Notes under the pieces: model-generated
What the model was told of the DNA's origin: nothing
What the model saw: only the letters and a program-made list of their open reading frames with translations
The model's database searches: none
Program-made: the position numbers and the translations under genes
Origin: Atribacterota bacterium
GTDB lineage: Bacteria > Atribacterota > Phoenicimicrobiia > Phoenicimicrobiales > Phoenicimicrobiaceae
NCBI GenBank assembly: GCA_038203565.1
Contig: JBBRDV010000015.1
Coordinates: 1-27,298 of the forward strand
DNA length: 27,298 bases
Direction: 5' to 3'
In this document: piece after piece, positions 26,929-27,298 of the stretch
How the letters are laid out: each line of letters opens with the position of its first letter
Numbering within the stretch: the stretch's first letter is position 1

Positions 26929-27298
26929 ATGGCAAAAGAAAAATTTGTAAGAACTAAACCCCATGTTAATGTGGGTACTATCGGTCATGTAGACCATGGC
27001 AAAACAACCTTAACCTCAGCAATCACTAAATATCTGGCTACTAAAGGCCTTGCCGAGGTGAAGGAGTTTGATGATATCGATCATGCTCCCGAAGAAAAGG
27101 AAAGAGGTATTACCATCTCGGTCTTTCATGCCGAATACGAGACCGAAAAGAGACACTATGCCCATATCGACTGTCCGGGACATGCTGACTACATCAAGAA
27201 TATGATTACCGGAGCAGCCCAGATGGACGGAGCTGTCCTGGTGGTATCTGCTGCCGATGGCCCCATGCCCCAGACTCGAGAACATATTCTTCTGGCCC
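26929..27298 (+). CDS. tuf: Elongation factor Tu (5' part, runs off the window)
   Basis: My translation: [29 protein letters not shown]...[37 protein letters not shown]. Confidence 0.98.
   Translation, partial: MAKEKFVRTKPHVNVGTIGHVDHGKTTLTSAITKYLATKGLAEVKEFDDIDHAPEEKERGITISVFHAEYETEKRHYAHIDCPGHADYIKNMITGAAQMDGAVLVVSAADGPMPQTREHILLA

Noticed and set aside
452..27285. Other short antisense or overlapping ORFs in the track (e.g. 452-667, 1935-2342, 6828-7309, 19696-20691, 26465-26695, 27016-27285)
   Set aside because: Shadows of well-supported genes or tRNAs.

Overview
AT-rich bacterial housekeeping region with a Firmicutes/Terrabacteria-like gene order. An Atribacterota-like anaerobe is my impression only and is not established from the window. 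Genes in order: murA, mreB/mbl, SpoIVB-like S55 peptidase, ispD-ispE-ispF, DUF1844-like, TPR protein, nadD-yqeK-LCP-rsfS-LiaF-like, flippase-like (-), truncated DUF554, pgk, Mut7-C RNase (-), CsoR-family regulator, mcsA-mcsB-clpC-radA, hypothetical (-), PIN/TRAM, cysS-sigH, tRNA-Thr/Tyr/Thr and the 5' part of tuf. The proteins are mostly ordinary; the unusual signal is intergenic. About 11 spacers are filled with modular elements built from several families of degenerate 7-mer and 8-mer tandem arrays. Most have inverted arms that could form long hairpins, several run from a stop codon to just before the next ribosome-binding site, and three contain GTAG-type REP palindromes. Module order, linkers and even the order of variant units recur between distant loci. 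This points to a dispersed non-autonomous element family whose mobilising enzyme is not in this window.
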